Virus record (IMG/VR): IMGVR_UViG_3300020043_001138
Span: 1-32,556 of that record
DNA: 32,556 nucleotides
Strand: one strand, 5' to 3'
From: a virus
Taxonomy: Duplodnaviria; Caudoviricetes
Shown here: in pieces, positions 9,174 to 18,943 of the stretch
Position numbering within the stretch: the first letter of the stretch is position 1
Layout: every line of letters begins with the position of its first letter
Notes under the pieces: generated by a model
The model's input: only the letters and a program-made list of their open reading frames with translations
Told to the model about the DNA's origin: nothing
The model's database searches: none
Program-made: the position numbers and the translations under genes

Positions 9174-9208
9174 AAAATTAGGGGAGTCCAATCCAATGGA
9201 ATCTCCCC
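9174..9208 (-). terminator. Hairpin / probable leaky terminator between capsid and tail tube genes
   Basis: Minus strand GGGGAG-AT-TCCA-TTGGAT-TGGA-CTCCCC followed by the weak U-tract TAATTTT. Confidence 0.65.
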
Positions 9209-9222
9209 GAACCTATTTAAGA

Positions 9223-10185
9223 TTATGCTAAGATGAAGTCAACTACTTCAGCAGGGAATGCGATGTTAACACCCATCTTGAACTCAGAAACAAAACGTAC
9301 TTGATCTGCTTCTTTAGCGTAGAACAATTCGAAACGCTCTTCTTCGTTCAACAAGTCAGTTCCTAAGAACAAGTTAGAGATACGAGTTGCGTAAATCTTA
9401 GAAGTTCCGTTCAAACCTGGAGTTGCTACTACCTTGATTTGAGTACCTGGAAGTACAAACTCAGAATCAGCAGAACCATCGAAAGTATAAGCGAACAAGT
9501 TAGCGTTCTTCAATGCGATAGTGTAAGTACGGAATACATCTTGTCCTACCATGATAGCTACGTCGCTTTGTCCTACGATCTCAGCAGGGATAGCCTTGTA
9601 AACTGCATCTAAAACTGCTACTACGTTAGAAGTAGTGATGCCAGCAGAAGCTGCTAATGGAGTACCATAATAAGTAGTAGTGTTTGCGTGTACTACTGAA
9701 GCTGAAGCAGCTAAGATTAACTTAGCCAAACCGTCAAACTTGTTTAAGTTTACGTTAGCTGAAGTAGTATCTCCTTGCCAGATAGCAGTCTCTAATTGAG
9801 CAGCAATCTTGTCAGCCTTACGCTGAGAGTACTCAGCTGAGAATGCGATTGAATCGTAAGAAGAACCAGCAGTCAAAGCCTTCTGTAAATACTTAGCCTC
9901 TAAATCTTTAGGGCATAAAGCTTCGTTAACTTTGATTTTTCCTACTGTTACAGTACGCTGAGTGAATGAAGTTGAACCTGAAGCAGTGAAACCGCAAGAA
10001 GCACCATCTTGGAAGATAGCGTCAGTATCCATGATATTAATTGTTTCAGCAGACTTAACGCCTACCATTACGTTTCCTTGAGACTTAATCAAAGAAGCCG
10101 TTTTCGCGCCTAATACAGAAGAAGCTACTAATTGAGCTGCATTCTCTTCTGTGTAATTAGCCAATGAACTTACTACAAATGCCAT
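9223..10185 (-). CDS. Major capsid protein (probable HK97 fold)
   Basis: 320 aa after protease and scaffold; VNEALCPKDLE, AIWQGD...KFDGL, NLFLGTDLL motifs. Confidence 0.85.
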   Translation of the reverse strand: MAFVVSSLANYTEENAAQLVASSVLGAKTASLIKSQGNVMVGVKSAETINIMDTDAIFQDGASCGFTASGSTSFTQRTVTVGKIKVNEALCPKDLEAKYLQKALTAGSSYDSIAFSAEYSQRKADKIAAQLETAIWQGDTTSANVNLNKFDGLAKLILAASASVVHANTTTYYGTPLAASAGITTSNVVAVLDAVYKAIPAEIVGQSDVAIMVGQDVFRTYTIALKNANLFAYTFDGSADSEFVLPGTQIKVVATPGLNGTSKIYATRISNLFLGTDLLNEEERFELFYAKEADQVRFVSEFKMGVNIAFPAEVVDFILA

Positions 10186-10211
10186 TTTTTTTTAATTTAA
10201 ATTGTGATTTT

Positions 10212-10799
10212 TTATTTTACAAACTTGTTCAAGAAGCGATCTACTTTGTCCGCCTTTGACTCTGTTACTTTAAACGATTGCTTCGGAGCTTGGATAGCAT
10301 CTGCGCTAGGCATCTTAGCTAACTCTTCTACCAAAACAAATACTTTCTCAAATGCTTGATTAAACTTACCATCCATTTCATCCAACTTAGCTTTTAAAGC
10401 TTCGTTCTCTGCTTTCAAGTAGTTAATTGTAGCATCCATTTCATCGAATTGAGTTGACATCTCTTCTTCTTTTTCTTTTGTCATCTCATCTTCTACCTCT
10501 GGCATTTCAGCCTCTGGAGATTCGATCCCTTCGATCTTACCTTCCACAACTGTTACCATAGTGCCATCTGCTAACTCATACTCCCCGTTAGGAGCAGTAA
10601 CTGAATTGCCAGACTCGTCTACAAGCATAGCATCTCCGCCCATTTCTAAAGCTGATAAATCGATTTTAGTACCATCCATAAGATCATACGTTTCGAAGCT
10701 CAACTCAGTTGCTGGCTCTTGTGCTACCTCCTCAGTTTGCAATTCTGCTTGACCAGAAAGCAATACTTTGATTTGCTCAATTCCTTCTTTAACTGTCAT
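10212..10799 (-). CDS. Capsid scaffolding protein
   Basis: Very acidic; APNGEYELADG..VTVVEGKI motif plus coiled coil; lies between protease and capsid. Confidence 0.75.
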   Translation of the reverse strand: MTVKEGIEQIKVLLSGQAELQTEEVAQEPATELSFETYDLMDGTKIDLSALEMGGDAMLVDESGNSVTAPNGEYELADGTMVTVVEGKIEGIESPEAEMPEVEDEMTKEKEEEMSTQFDEMDATINYLKAENEALKAKLDEMDGKFNQAFEKVFVLVEELAKMPSADAIQAPKQSFKVTESKADKVDRFLNKFVK

Positions 10800-10842
10800 T
10801 GTTTGTTTAACTTTTGTTTATAAATAAATTAATTAGAATACT

Positions 10843-11439
10843 TTATCGTTTAACTTGCTCAAGGATGCTTACAATCTGCGACCACATAGCTTCTTCTACG
10901 CTCATAGGTTGCTTCTCCTTTTTGTAGTTAAATATACCTTCAACTGAAAATCCTTTAAATTCTCCGCTCTTAATCTTCTGCCATACATCTTCGTTTTCTA
11001 CCTTAAAGCTACCAAACCAAGAACCTTCTGGCGCGTCTTCAAATCCTTTCATCGGAGCAATTCCTCTTGAAGAATCTACGATAAAAGATTCGTATAAAGT
11101 AATGCCGTCAACCGCCTGCGCTTCATCGTGCATTAAGTTTACGTTTGATTGGTAGCCTTTCTTGAAGAACTTCTGTGCTATCTTCTCAATAGTTTCTTTT
11201 GTAAAAGTTACATAGTACTCACCATTTTGATCGTTACGATAGATAGGAGTATCTGCAAGCATCAAAGCTCCCGATACTATTCTTCTGTCTTCTGATTGAA
11301 TAGCAAAGTTGGAACGCGCTTCCTTAAACTTTAAGAAGTTGCGCTCAATTGCTGGTCTATCTACTAACGCTACGAAGTCTACTTCTGCGCCATCATTTAA
11401 GTCATCGCTAATCTCTAGCTGGTAAATTGGTAAATCCAT
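10843..11439 (-). CDS. XkdF-like prohead serine protease
   Basis: VALVDRPAIE, NVNLMH, P.GSWFGSFKV...W..IKSGEFKGFSVEG motifs. Confidence 0.85.
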   Translation of the reverse strand: MDLPIYQLEISDDLNDGAEVDFVALVDRPAIERNFLKFKEARSNFAIQSEDRRIVSGALMLADTPIYRNDQNGEYYVTFTKETIEKIAQKFFKKGYQSNVNLMHDEAQAVDGITLYESFIVDSSRGIAPMKGFEDAPEGSWFGSFKVENEDVWQKIKSGEFKGFSVEGIFNYKKEKQPMSVEEAMWSQIVSILEQVKR

Positions 11440-11441
11440 AA

Positions 11442-13046
11442 TTATATTCTTGCTGCGTTTTCTATTCTTTTAATTCTCTTTTGGCTTCCAGTTATATCGG
11501 ATTCTACTACATAAGCTCTTGCTACTACATTGCTAATAGTGTTTAAGCTTGCTGAGTCTAAAGCCGTTGGAGCTGGAGGCGTAAATTGTGGAGCTATTGG
11601 AGCTGAAGCCTGAGTGCTAATATTACCGCCTCCGCTAAATCCTTCAAATTGCGGAATCTGAGTATTAACAATTGCGCTAACGTTTGCAAGTCCGCCAGCA
11701 ATAACTGTACCCGCTGCAATCGCCCCAAATGGAGGCGGATAAGCTGCTAAAGCTTTGTTAGCTCCTGCGTAAGTGTCTAACGTAGCTTGAGCAATTGCCA
11801 AAGCCTTTCCTGCTAATGTATTTCTTCCTATTAAATTAGCTGCTGCTCCTACTGCATTTCCAATAATAGAAAGCTTTGCGTCTTGCGTTAATTGAGTTAC
11901 TTGTAATTCTGAAGCATTGAATCCTTTAATGGCTTTATCGATTCTAGCCATGCGAAGCATCTGGTTCTTCTCTCCTTGCGCTTCAATTTTATCTAATATA
12001 GAAGTTGCATTTTTAGCTTCTTTAGTTCTATCCTCGTAAATCTTTTTCTCATTAGCCTCGTAGGCTTCGTACTTTCTGTGTTGCTCCTCTTCAAAAAGTT
12101 TAATAGACTCTTCTTGATCTAATTGAGCTTGAGATTTTTGCTTTTCTTCTGCCGTTTTTACTTTGGCATTATAACCTTCAGCAATAACTACTTTCTGATT
12201 ATAAGCATCTTTTAGATTCTTATTTTCTTCGTCAGACAATTGCTTGCCGTTACGCTTTCTAGCCTCTAAAACATTAATGTCTTCTTGAACTATTTTCTTG
12301 CGCAGTTCTGAAATCTTCTTCTCTTGTCCACCTTGCGCTTCTAATACTTTAAGCTCTCTCTCGTAAGTTGCCTTTCTGTTAGCTGAGTTCTTAGCGTATA
12401 GTTCTAAAGCTCTATCTGATTGCGAAGTAATACCTACAAAATCTGTAACCTTCTGCGTAATATTTCCAATAAAATTAGCAAAAGTGCGGAGGCCAGGAAT
12501 AGCTTTTAAAACTGCTTGGCTTACTTTATCGAAGTTTGCAATTAACAAACCTAATCCAATAGCTAAAGCTCCGATTCCAGTCGCTGCGATTGCGCCTCTT
12601 AGCGTAGAGAATGCAGTTACTACTTGCGTTCTTAATACTAACGCTAAGTTTTTAAAGCCATCAATTGAAGAGAATACTGTGTTTAATCCTTCAGATAAAG
12701 CTAAAGCAGCTTGCACTTTTAGCAATTGCTTTTGTACATTCTCTGATTCTACGCCAAATAAAGCTAAAGCTCCTTGCGCTCCTGCAAAAGCCCCTGCTAC
12801 TCCTTGAATAGATTGAGAGAAAGCCTTAAACTTAGCATCTGGACTAAATGCTTCGATTGTGTCTTTAGCGTCTCCAATACGATCCTTTAACTCGGCTGCT
12901 CTTTTTGCTGCCGCTGCTATCTGAGTTGCCGAAGCTCCAGCAGTATCTTGTAATTTAGCTAATTCTTGAGTTGCCTCTCTAAGTTGACTACGCAGACTTT
13001 TAGTATCCGCTACAAGATTTATACCTACCGTTTCATTTACTGCCAT
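11442..13046 (-). CDS. Tail tape measure protein
   Basis: 534 aa, Ala-rich helical with hydrophobic segments; TGIGALAIGLG; C-terminal RAYVVESDIT. Confidence 0.85.
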   Translation of the reverse strand: MAVNETVGINLVADTKSLRSQLREATQELAKLQDTAGASATQIAAAAKRAAELKDRIGDAKDTIEAFSPDAKFKAFSQSIQGVAGAFAGAQGALALFGVESENVQKQLLKVQAALALSEGLNTVFSSIDGFKNLALVLRTQVVTAFSTLRGAIAATGIGALAIGLGLLIANFDKVSQAVLKAIPGLRTFANFIGNITQKVTDFVGITSQSDRALELYAKNSANRKATYERELKVLEAQGGQEKKISELRKKIVQEDINVLEARKRNGKQLSDEENKNLKDAYNQKVVIAEGYNAKVKTAEEKQKSQAQLDQEESIKLFEEEQHRKYEAYEANEKKIYEDRTKEAKNATSILDKIEAQGEKNQMLRMARIDKAIKGFNASELQVTQLTQDAKLSIIGNAVGAAANLIGRNTLAGKALAIAQATLDTYAGANKALAAYPPPFGAIAAGTVIAGGLANVSAIVNTQIPQFEGFSGGGNISTQASAPIAPQFTPPAPTALDSASLNTISNVVARAYVVESDITGSQKRIKRIENAARI

Positions 13047-15205
13047 TAGCTTGCGTATGTTAATTCAATTACTCTTAATAATTCTACTTTAGTCGTTTGT
13101 GGCATAGCTGGATTAAAATCGACAATCTTATTTAATCTCCATAAAGCTCCATCTATGTAAATCAATCGAGCAAAATTCAAAGAAAAAATATCTTCGACAG
13201 TCAGATATAAATAGCAACTAAGAAGCTTGCTATCCTTCGAAGTTATTTCAGCTATGTAATCTCCCCAGAAAGCAGTAAACAAATTGGTCGTAGGATAAGC
13301 AACCGAAAGCGTAAAAAATACTTGACCTGGAACTGCAAAATTTAAATCGTTTGTTGGTTCGGTAGGATTATCTAAATGTCCTGCATATCCATAATATTCA
13401 AGATCAGAACGCATATTCCCAGATTTACCAAATGGCTTCTCAATTTTCCATTTCTCTACTCCTTCGACATACGCAAATTGCATAATCCTAATATTGTGGT
13501 CTTTAGGAACTTCTGTCGCATTTTCTATGCTAAAGATAGAAGCGCATAGCTTATCGTCCGAAGTTTTACCCACTAATGGCGAAGGAGAAAATATTACTTC
13601 AACATTTGAACTATCTTCAGCAAATTGAAACTTGCTATCTTCTCTTCTGTCCGCATAAGTTTGATTAAATTTCTTATTATATAAATCATTATAATAGTCA
13701 TCGTCTTCTTTATACTTAAATTCAAAGAATCTAGCGTTTAGCTCACTCATAGGCTTTAGCGTAACTTCCTTGCTATGGTCTACTTTATTCGACCAATCTA
13801 CTGAGTCAGCAATAGGATCTGAAAGCAAAAGCAATCCGGTAGGATCGCCTGGTTCTCCATGAAGTAAAAGCTCTCCTAAATCATTTATCTTTAAGAATCC
13901 AGCACCTTTTAAGTAGAACTCAATATATGGCTCAATCAATAAGTGATTAGAAATCTCAGGATCTTCAAAAACGTATAAGTTAAATAGCCTACAAATGGAA
14001 GCAAAGAAATCCTTTTGAGGAATACCTTTAGGAAGTAAATTCTTCATTGTTAAGGTATCTCCATCGGTAGCATTTACCGAAATCTTGCTATCTGAAATAT
14101 AATTAAACGATAAGTTGGTAGCTTCAAAAGTAAATGAGTTTGCCGAAGTTACATTTACAAATAAAGTATCGTTTGTATTTAAAATTACTTGCGCAGTCTT
14201 GCTTAAATAGAATGCCCTACGATTTCCACCAGTAGATGCTATAATCTCTTCTACTAATACATTAGAAGTAGAGTTTTTGCAGATTTGAATCTTGACGCTA
14301 TTGGTCGAAGTTATATATCCATTTCCATACAAATTAACATTACCGATATTTTCATTTGCAGGAGTATAAGTATAAGTATTACCTGAGCTTAAAGTAAATG
14401 TATAAAGTTTATTGGTTTCAAAAGATACTTTGCTATCTGTACCAGTATAGGTAAAAGTTCTGCTATTCGCTTCTATTAGATTGCTTATACTTACTTCTAA
14501 GTTTGCCTTGTTATTTGGAATGATTAAAGACTTAACGTAAGGCGTATCTAAGAATGCCGAAGTATAAGTATATCCTGCATTTTTAATAATTGAATCTATT
14601 AATTCATAAACATGAAAAGCAGGTCTAAATGCATTTAAGTGATAATCTCTATTAGATACCTTGCACTTGCCATAATCGATTAAAGGATAAACTATACCTA
14701 CTCCAGAAGCTACTGCTCCAGAAGGATTCCAAGAATTAACTACATTTGTGTCATTCCAAGTTTCATCGTATTGATTAAAATTGTCCATGTCTTCTAATAA
14801 GCTATTTCCAATAGCCATAGAAAAACCACCAAGCTCACCAAATACTACGCACTCATATTCTACCGCTCCATCATTAATTCGAACCTCTAATAAGCGTAAT
14901 ACGCCTTTAAAAACTTGAATTTTATTTACAAAGATTTTCGCCTCCGCTTGACGAGTTGGATCAAAATTATACCCAACATTTGGAAGATTAGGATCGCTAA
15001 CGAAATAATTATTAGCACTAGCAAAATTGTATATGTGGCCAAAGACCTTATTGTTATTTGCATTGCCTGGTAGTGTTATGGTCTTTGAGTAGTTTGTATT
15101 CCTAGAAGCAAAGTCCTTAATGTCATCAATGGCATAATTTAATTCTGCTCCTATATCGTCAAACAAATCTAATCTACTGCCTTCGATTAATATTTCTGTG
15201 ATCAT
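13046..15205 (-). CDS. Tail tip / baseplate hub protein
   Basis: 719 aa; DIKDFASRNTNYSKTITLPG...NNKVF, YPLIDYG, QKDFF.SI.RLFNL motifs; adjacent to tape measure. Confidence 0.7.
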   Translation of the reverse strand: MITEILIEGSRLDLFDDIGAELNYAIDDIKDFASRNTNYSKTITLPGNANNNKVFGHIYNFASANNYFVSDPNLPNVGYNFDPTRQAEAKIFVNKIQVFKGVLRLLEVRINDGAVEYECVVFGELGGFSMAIGNSLLEDMDNFNQYDETWNDTNVVNSWNPSGAVASGVGIVYPLIDYGKCKVSNRDYHLNAFRPAFHVYELIDSIIKNAGYTYTSAFLDTPYVKSLIIPNNKANLEVSISNLIEANSRTFTYTGTDSKVSFETNKLYTFTLSSGNTYTYTPANENIGNVNLYGNGYITSTNSVKIQICKNSTSNVLVEEIIASTGGNRRAFYLSKTAQVILNTNDTLFVNVTSANSFTFEATNLSFNYISDSKISVNATDGDTLTMKNLLPKGIPQKDFFASICRLFNLYVFEDPEISNHLLIEPYIEFYLKGAGFLKINDLGELLLHGEPGDPTGLLLLSDPIADSVDWSNKVDHSKEVTLKPMSELNARFFEFKYKEDDDYYNDLYNKKFNQTYADRREDSKFQFAEDSSNVEVIFSPSPLVGKTSDDKLCASIFSIENATEVPKDHNIRIMQFAYVEGVEKWKIEKPFGKSGNMRSDLEYYGYAGHLDNPTEPTNDLNFAVPGQVFFTLSVAYPTTNLFTAFWGDYIAEITSKDSKLLSCYLYLTVEDIFSLNFARLIYIDGALWRLNKIVDFNPAMPQTTKVELLRVIELTYAS

Positions 15206-16344
15206 CTATATTGCGTTTGTTGTTTGACTCCTAAATCAAAGTTTAACTCGTAATTAAACATCTTGTCAGCCGTATCATTCTTCTCTTCCCAGCTTGTCTC
15301 GCGCATAATAATTGGAAGGTAGTCATCTCCTTTATACAAATACGCTTCGTTACTAGAAATCAATTGAGAACCTAGTTGGTAATCAGTTGCGCTTAAATAA
15401 TCAGATACTACCTTGTAGCCATATTGCACATTACCTGCAAAAGCTTGATTGCCTCCAAAGTGAACTCCTGAACTAGCCTTGTAGCTCATTGCCGTTCCCA
15501 CTCTCCGATATTCATTTGACTTATAAGTAGAACGTTCTACTCGTTGGCTTTGTCTTGACAATAGTCTAAAGATAAAAGAATCGTATCCACCAAATTTATT
15601 CTGGAATACTAACTGCACCGGAGTAAATCTAGGAGCGCAAGCTTGCTTAACTACCATCGAGTCCGATCCGACAGTAACTCGCCAAGCATAAGTAGAAGTA
15701 CTAATAAAGTTGCTTCCCAAATATTGATTAATTGCATAAAAAGATAAATCTAATATTAAACCATGATTAGTTCCTAGTCCAGAACCAGTAGCGCTTGCGC
15801 CATCATTACTTCCGTCTTCATTTAGCTTTTGAATTGTAGCCGTAACGTTTGCTGAATCTGCGTTAAAATAAGTGATATAAAACTTCTCGCCAGGCATTAC
15901 TAAGCCAGCGTTTCTGTCTCTTGTAGTTAAGAACTTATTTGCATAAGTGCTAATAGAATTTCGGAATGGATCAACTGCATAGTTCCAAGCTTTACCAGTT
16001 GAAGAAGTTAAGTTTGTGTAAGTTGTACCTCCATACTCCTCTCCGTAAATTATGGTAAAGTCGACGTGTAAGAAACCATCTGCGTATTGCAACAAACTAC
16101 TTCCGCTTGTGCTAAATCCACTTGCAAAATAGTTTCTAACAATTGGAGCTGCATCAAATACACCATATCCGCCTTCGTCTGGGAAATTTTTAACTGTGGC
16201 AACTGTCGCGCCACCAACTTGTATATCAAATACATATTTGAAATTTGTTTGAGTTGAATTGTTTGAGCTTACTACATACCAAAGCGCATCATGAGCTGAA
16301 GAATAAGAAGCTGGCGTACTATTTACTGTTATTGCCATTATCAA
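15202..16344 (-). CDS. Tail protein (distal-tail-like); likely start at MAITV
   Basis: 380 aa beta-rich; NFKYVFDI and F.NKFGGYDSF.F motifs; ATGA overlap with the hub gene. Confidence 0.65.
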   Translation of the reverse strand: MIMAITVNSTPASYSSAHDALWYVVSSNNSTQTNFKYVFDIQVGGATVATVKNFPDEGGYGVFDAAPIVRNYFASGFSTSGSSLLQYADGFLHVDFTIIYGEEYGGTTYTNLTSSTGKAWNYAVDPFRNSISTYANKFLTTRDRNAGLVMPGEKFYITYFNADSANVTATIQKLNEDGSNDGASATGSGLGTNHGLILDLSFYAINQYLGSNFISTSTYAWRVTVGSDSMVVKQACAPRFTPVQLVFQNKFGGYDSFIFRLLSRQSQRVERSTYKSNEYRRVGTAMSYKASSGVHFGGNQAFAGNVQYGYKVVSDYLSATDYQLGSQLISSNEAYLYKGDDYLPIIMRETSWEEKNDTADKMFNYELNFDLGVKQQTQYR

Positions 16345-17005
16345 AAGTTTGTGTAATATTTAAAATTATATCTTGTCCTAAAGCTCGAGCTAATTTTTTC
16401 TTAAAATCTTCTCCAAACGCTTTATCAATATTATCTTCAAAGAATCCAACTCTAGGAATACCTCTCTTCTTAATTGATTTAGCCGTATTTTTAGCTATTT
16501 GTCTTAATCTTTTTTGTGGATCTATCGCTTGAGCTATTGTCTTTCTCTTTCTTTGCAATGATGTTAATCCTTTACGTTGGTCTTCATTTTTTATGTAATT
16601 CTTATGCCTTAAATACCATTGCATTAAAGCCTTAACCATATTTTTAGAAACCCAAAATTCTTTAAAATAATATGGACTCGAACTAGGCTTTTGACTTTCT
16701 AATCCTTTTACTCCTTTATTTTGATAATCATAGTATTCAGATGCTGGATTGCTTTCATCATATCCAACTGTAAGCTCGTATTTAGTGCCATTTTGAGTAA
16801 TTGCACTTACTTGCATGTCTGATAAATTGCCTCTATCTACTTTCTTTTTTTGCTTAATCCTAGCAATAGCAAGCTTCATGAATTTGTCAGCAGCTTGTAG
16901 CATTACTGCCTCTACGCTATTTAAAGGAATCTCTCCAGTCTTAGAGATACCTCCAACTGTAAAGTCTTTACCTAGCGATGCTTGAGCTTTACTAACGCTT
17001 TGCAT
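16319..17005 (-). CDS. Putative tail-completion / neck protein
   Basis: Basic 228 aa; YYDYQNKGVKG and IAK...KSIKKRGI...FF motifs of HK97 gp10-like proteins. Confidence 0.55.
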   Translation of the reverse strand: MQSVSKAQASLGKDFTVGGISKTGEIPLNSVEAVMLQAADKFMKLAIARIKQKKKVDRGNLSDMQVSAITQNGTKYELTVGYDESNPASEYYDYQNKGVKGLESQKPSSSPYYFKEFWVSKNMVKALMQWYLRHKNYIKNEDQRKGLTSLQRKRKTIAQAIDPQKRLRQIAKNTAKSIKKRGIPRVGFFEDNIDKAFGEDFKKKLARALGQDIILNITQTFDNGNNSK

Positions 17006-17273
17006 AAGCCTTTTTCATTTGATCTGTATCGAAAGCATTTTTAGCTTTCAGGTAACTTAAATTATTCAATGCTTGAATAGTTGGCAATTCATAAACTTCA
17101 CTAAGCTTAATTCTCTCATGCTCTGCTATTAATGTAGCTTGATAAATCCATCCATAGCGTTGCATAAATCCATTACTGTTATCTCTGCCTCTATCGGATT
17201 CATCCCCTCCTTTGTCATCTCCAAAATCAAATAATCCTTTGAACTCTTTATCGAGTCTGTGAATACTTGACAA
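16992..17273 (-). CDS. Tail assembly chaperone, frameshift extension (gpGT-like C-terminal part)
   Basis: Opens in the -1 frame at the T9 run; no convincing own start; GFMQRYGWIY...LSYLK motif. Confidence 0.8.
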   Translation of the reverse strand: MSSIHRLDKEFKGLFDFGDDKGGDESDRGRDNSNGFMQRYGWIYQATLIAEHERIKLSEVYELPTIQALNNLSYLKAKNAFDTDQMKKAYAKR

Positions 17274-17752
17274 AAAAAAACCATGCTTCCGTAAACCGAT
17301 TCGAATGGCGCAGCTAATAAATCTTGTGCATATTCCTCATGCTTACTCGCATCATACTTAGCTACCTTCCAACCCCGCCAGGTCTTTTTCATTGGCAAAA
17401 CCATTGAAGCAGCAATCTTATGGCAGTTGTTTAAAACGTCATTTCCAAAGAACTTAGATTCAATGTATCTAGCGTATGGCAATTGTCGAATATCAAATAT
17501 GCACTTGTACTGCCTTCCGTTTACTCGAATAAAATCTACTGCCTTTGGCTTTGCATCTCCCTTAGCTATAAAGTCAATTTCTTTTAATTGCTTATTTAAA
17601 TCTTTTATAGAAAGCGAATCTATTTGCGATTCCGTTCGATTAGTCAAAATAGCCAAAGCCTTAATAGCCTTGTCTAATTCTGTATCGTCTTTCTTGTTTT
17701 TAACAGCTTCCAGTTGTTGGCGTTGGAATACCGTTACATCTTTCCAGTTCAT
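17129..17752 (-). CDS. Tail assembly chaperone (gpG-like)
   Basis: 207 aa ORF containing the slippery run at V-F-F and overlapping the downstream -1 ORF. Confidence 0.75.
   Translation of the reverse strand: MNWKDVTVFQRQQLEAVKNKKDDTELDKAIKALAILTNRTESQIDSLSIKDLNKQLKEIDFIAKGDAKPKAVDFIRVNGRQYKCIFDIRQLPYARYIESKFFGNDVLNNCHKIAASMVLPMKKTWRGWKVAKYDASKHEEYAQDLLAAPFESVYGSMVFFCQVFTDSIKSSKDYLILEMTKEGMNPIEAEITVMDLCNAMDGFIKLH
17271..17282 (-). other. Programmed -1 ribosomal frameshift site
   Basis: Minus strand ATG GTT TTT TTT TGT; heptamer T TTT TTT; the -1 frame continues TTG TCA AGT ATT CAC. Confidence 0.8.
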
Positions 17753-17768
17753 ATCGTTAATAAATAGC
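17753..17768 (-). promoter_or_regulatory. Putative late promoter motif GCTATTTATTAACGAT
   Basis: Fills the short gap between the terL stop and the chaperone start; exact copy at 8536-8551. Confidence 0.65.
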
Positions 17769-17770
17769 TA

Positions 17771-18943
17771 TTATGAAAAATTGTACCTTCCGCTTCCAGA
17801 CTTGAAATCAAACTTACGCCAAGCCATTGCTAGTGCGCAAACTGTATCGTCATGGAATCCAGTAGGCGCTGAGTACTTTACTCCGTTTGCACTATACTGA
17901 TATTCAAATATTTCAAGCTCCTCTTTAATCATGCCATCTGGATAGTGTATTCTCTCCTGGTGGATTGCTACTTGAAGGCCAAGCATAATCTCTTGCTTAC
18001 TTTGGCTTGTAAACTTAAACGCCTCCACATCTAAGCCTTCTCTTTGCAGTTGTTCTACAATCGGATCGCCTACTCCAGTTGCATCTATAATCATTGGAGC
18101 TTTTGGCAAGTTGCGAATCTTATTCTGTGTGCTTGCCCAGTCAGATTGGAATCGTTCAAAATAAGCTACATTACCTGCGTTGTCAAGGCCGATAATAACA
18201 GTCCAGTCATTATACTTAGCTAAGTCAATTCCGTAGCATTTAACCGGATTAGTTGACATTTCAGAAACGCATTTTAAAATGGCTTGGCTTCCAAATGGAT
18301 TCGCTGAGTTCTCTGCTGGGTTAGCCATGTACTCCTGCTCGAATACTACCGTTGGCAGTTCTGCTCTTGCTGCATCAATCTCCGCATCTAAAATATATGG
18401 ATTATCGTAGCTTGTATATTTAAAGCTTTCCCATTCATCATTGGCTTCCATGCCTTTAAGGAAAAGAGAATAGAAGAAGTTCTTGCCTTTAGGAGTTGAT
18501 AGAAAGATAGCCTTGCCTTGATAATCTGTAAGCGTTGGACGTATTGAGTTCTGCCATCCATCCTCTAGATTAGGAATGAATGAAGCCTCGTCAATAATTG
18601 CGTAATGGAATTTTAAACCACGAAGATTATCTAGCCTTTCGCCAGTAAAGAAACGAATCGTGCCTCCGCTTATTAGCTTAAACGTTAAGTCTGATCTGTT
18701 GGCCGTTGCTACATTGCTAGGAAGTAATCTAGCTAACTCGTCAAAGAATACTTTTGCAAGCTGGTAGGTAGGAGTAATGTACGCTACTCTTCCGCCTTTC
18801 ATCGCTTCGATGCAAGTAATGACCTGGCAGATTAAGGACTTTCCCCATCTACGCCCAGACATAAGCACTTTAAACCTAGCCTTAGAGTTTAAAACTTTGG
18901 CTTGATTATTGTGCGGTTTGGGAAGTGTTATCTTCGTTTGCAA
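17771..18943 (-). CDS. terL: Terminase large subunit
   Basis: Walker A GRRWGKS, Walker B IIDEA, STPKG, FEQEYMA, nuclease GIDLA...HDDTVCALA. Confidence 0.95.
   Translation of the reverse strand: MQTKITLPKPHNNQAKVLNSKARFKVLMSGRRWGKSLICQVITCIEAMKGGRVAYITPTYQLAKVFFDELARLLPSNVATANRSDLTFKLISGGTIRFFTGERLDNLRGLKFHYAIIDEASFIPNLEDGWQNSIRPTLTDYQGKAIFLSTPKGKNFFYSLFLKGMEANDEWESFKYTSYDNPYILDAEIDAARAELPTVVFEQEYMANPAENSANPFGSQAILKCVSEMSTNPVKCYGIDLAKYNDWTVIIGLDNAGNVAYFERFQSDWASTQNKIRNLPKAPMIIDATGVGDPIVEQLQREGLDVEAFKFTSQSKQEIMLGLQVAIHQERIHYPDGMIKEELEIFEYQYSANGVKYSAPTGFHDDTVCALAMAWRKFDFKSGSGRYNFS

Noticed and set aside
9190-9199. 10-mer CCATTGGATT shared by the hairpins at 9190-9199 and 29959-29968
   Set aside because: Short, and it occupies different structural positions in the two hairpins; could be chance
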